A stretch of 64,000 nt of DNA, taken from the NCBI GenBank assembly GCA_964035545.1, contig CAXIUT010000230.1, positions 1,240,001-1,304,000 on the forward strand, in the 5' to 3' direction. Shown one piece after another: positions 63,981 to 64,000 of the stretch. The DNA comes from Bugula neritina. Its lineage: Eukaryota > Animalia > Bryozoa. Made by a program: the position numbers and the translations under genes. The notes beneath the pieces were generated by a model. That model ran no database searches and was not told the DNA's origin. It saw nothing but the letters and a program-made list of their open reading frames with translations. Numbering within the stretch: position 1 is the stretch's first letter; every line of letters starts with the position of its first letter.

Positions 63981-64000
63981 ATACTGCAACAGACTGAAAC

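Larger units (their letters stand above)
1..64000. repeat. Tandem satellite array with a degenerate 10-bp monomer (GCAACATACT / GAAATACACT / GAAATATACT and variants), single orientation, extending beyond both window ends
   Basis: Every 10-base block aligns to the consensus, e.g. 1-60 gcaacatact gcaacatact aaaatacact gcaacacatt aaaatatact gcaacatact. I saw no non-repeat interruption and no reverse-complement tract (AGTATGTTGC). Confidence 0.99.

Noticed and set aside
19-63989. Hundreds of minus-strand Cys/Val/Ser-rich ORFs (up to 337 aa), superficially metallothionein-like or membrane-like
   Set aside because: They are direct translations of the stop-free 10-bp unit, overlap in all three frames with the same periodic peptide, and show no domain, no codon-position structure and no unique sequence.
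1-64000. CRISPR array or other repeat-spacer system
   Set aside because: There are no unique spacers; the intervening sequence is the same degenerate decamer. No cas gene, leader or any other gene is present.
1-64000. Telomeric repeat tract
   Set aside because: There are no G-runs of the TTAGGG type, and the variants are inherited in kb-scale blocks, which is inconsistent with telomerase-templated synthesis. A subtelomeric location cannot be excluded.
1-64000. Diversity-generating or antigenic-variation cassette array, or synthetic data-encoding DNA
   Set aside because: There is no expression locus, recombinase or reverse transcriptase, and the nested duplications with accumulating point changes fit ordinary satellite evolution.

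Overview
The whole 64-kb window is one uninterrupted tandem satellite array in a single orientation, and it runs off both ends. It is built from a degenerate 10-bp unit with two dominant types, A = GCAACATACT and B = GAAAT(A)(C/T)ACT, and each decamer is itself a pair of related pentamers (R-N-A-M-Y). I found no credible protein-coding gene, RNA gene, transposon, CRISPR array or unique sequence. The several hundred ORFs are artefacts: the minus-strand unit AGTATGTTGC contains an ATG, has no stop codon, and reads (MLQYVAVCCS)n in all three frames. The informative content is a nested hierarchy: 5 bp, 10 bp, 20-bp A/B dimers, ~260-270-bp and 480-bp modules, ~1.2-1.8-kb higher-order units, and segmental duplications with offsets of 2476, 3063, 3283, 4637, 5029, 7064/7065, 10691 and ~11500 bp. 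These offsets were read from repeated ORF coordinates and spot-checked by eye. Rearrangements almost always preserve the 10-bp register and often fuse copies from different sequence subfamilies. The organisation resembles eukaryotic heterochromatic or (peri)centromeric satellite with higher-order repeats, but organism and function cannot be determined from the sequence. Block boundaries are approximate (tens of bp).
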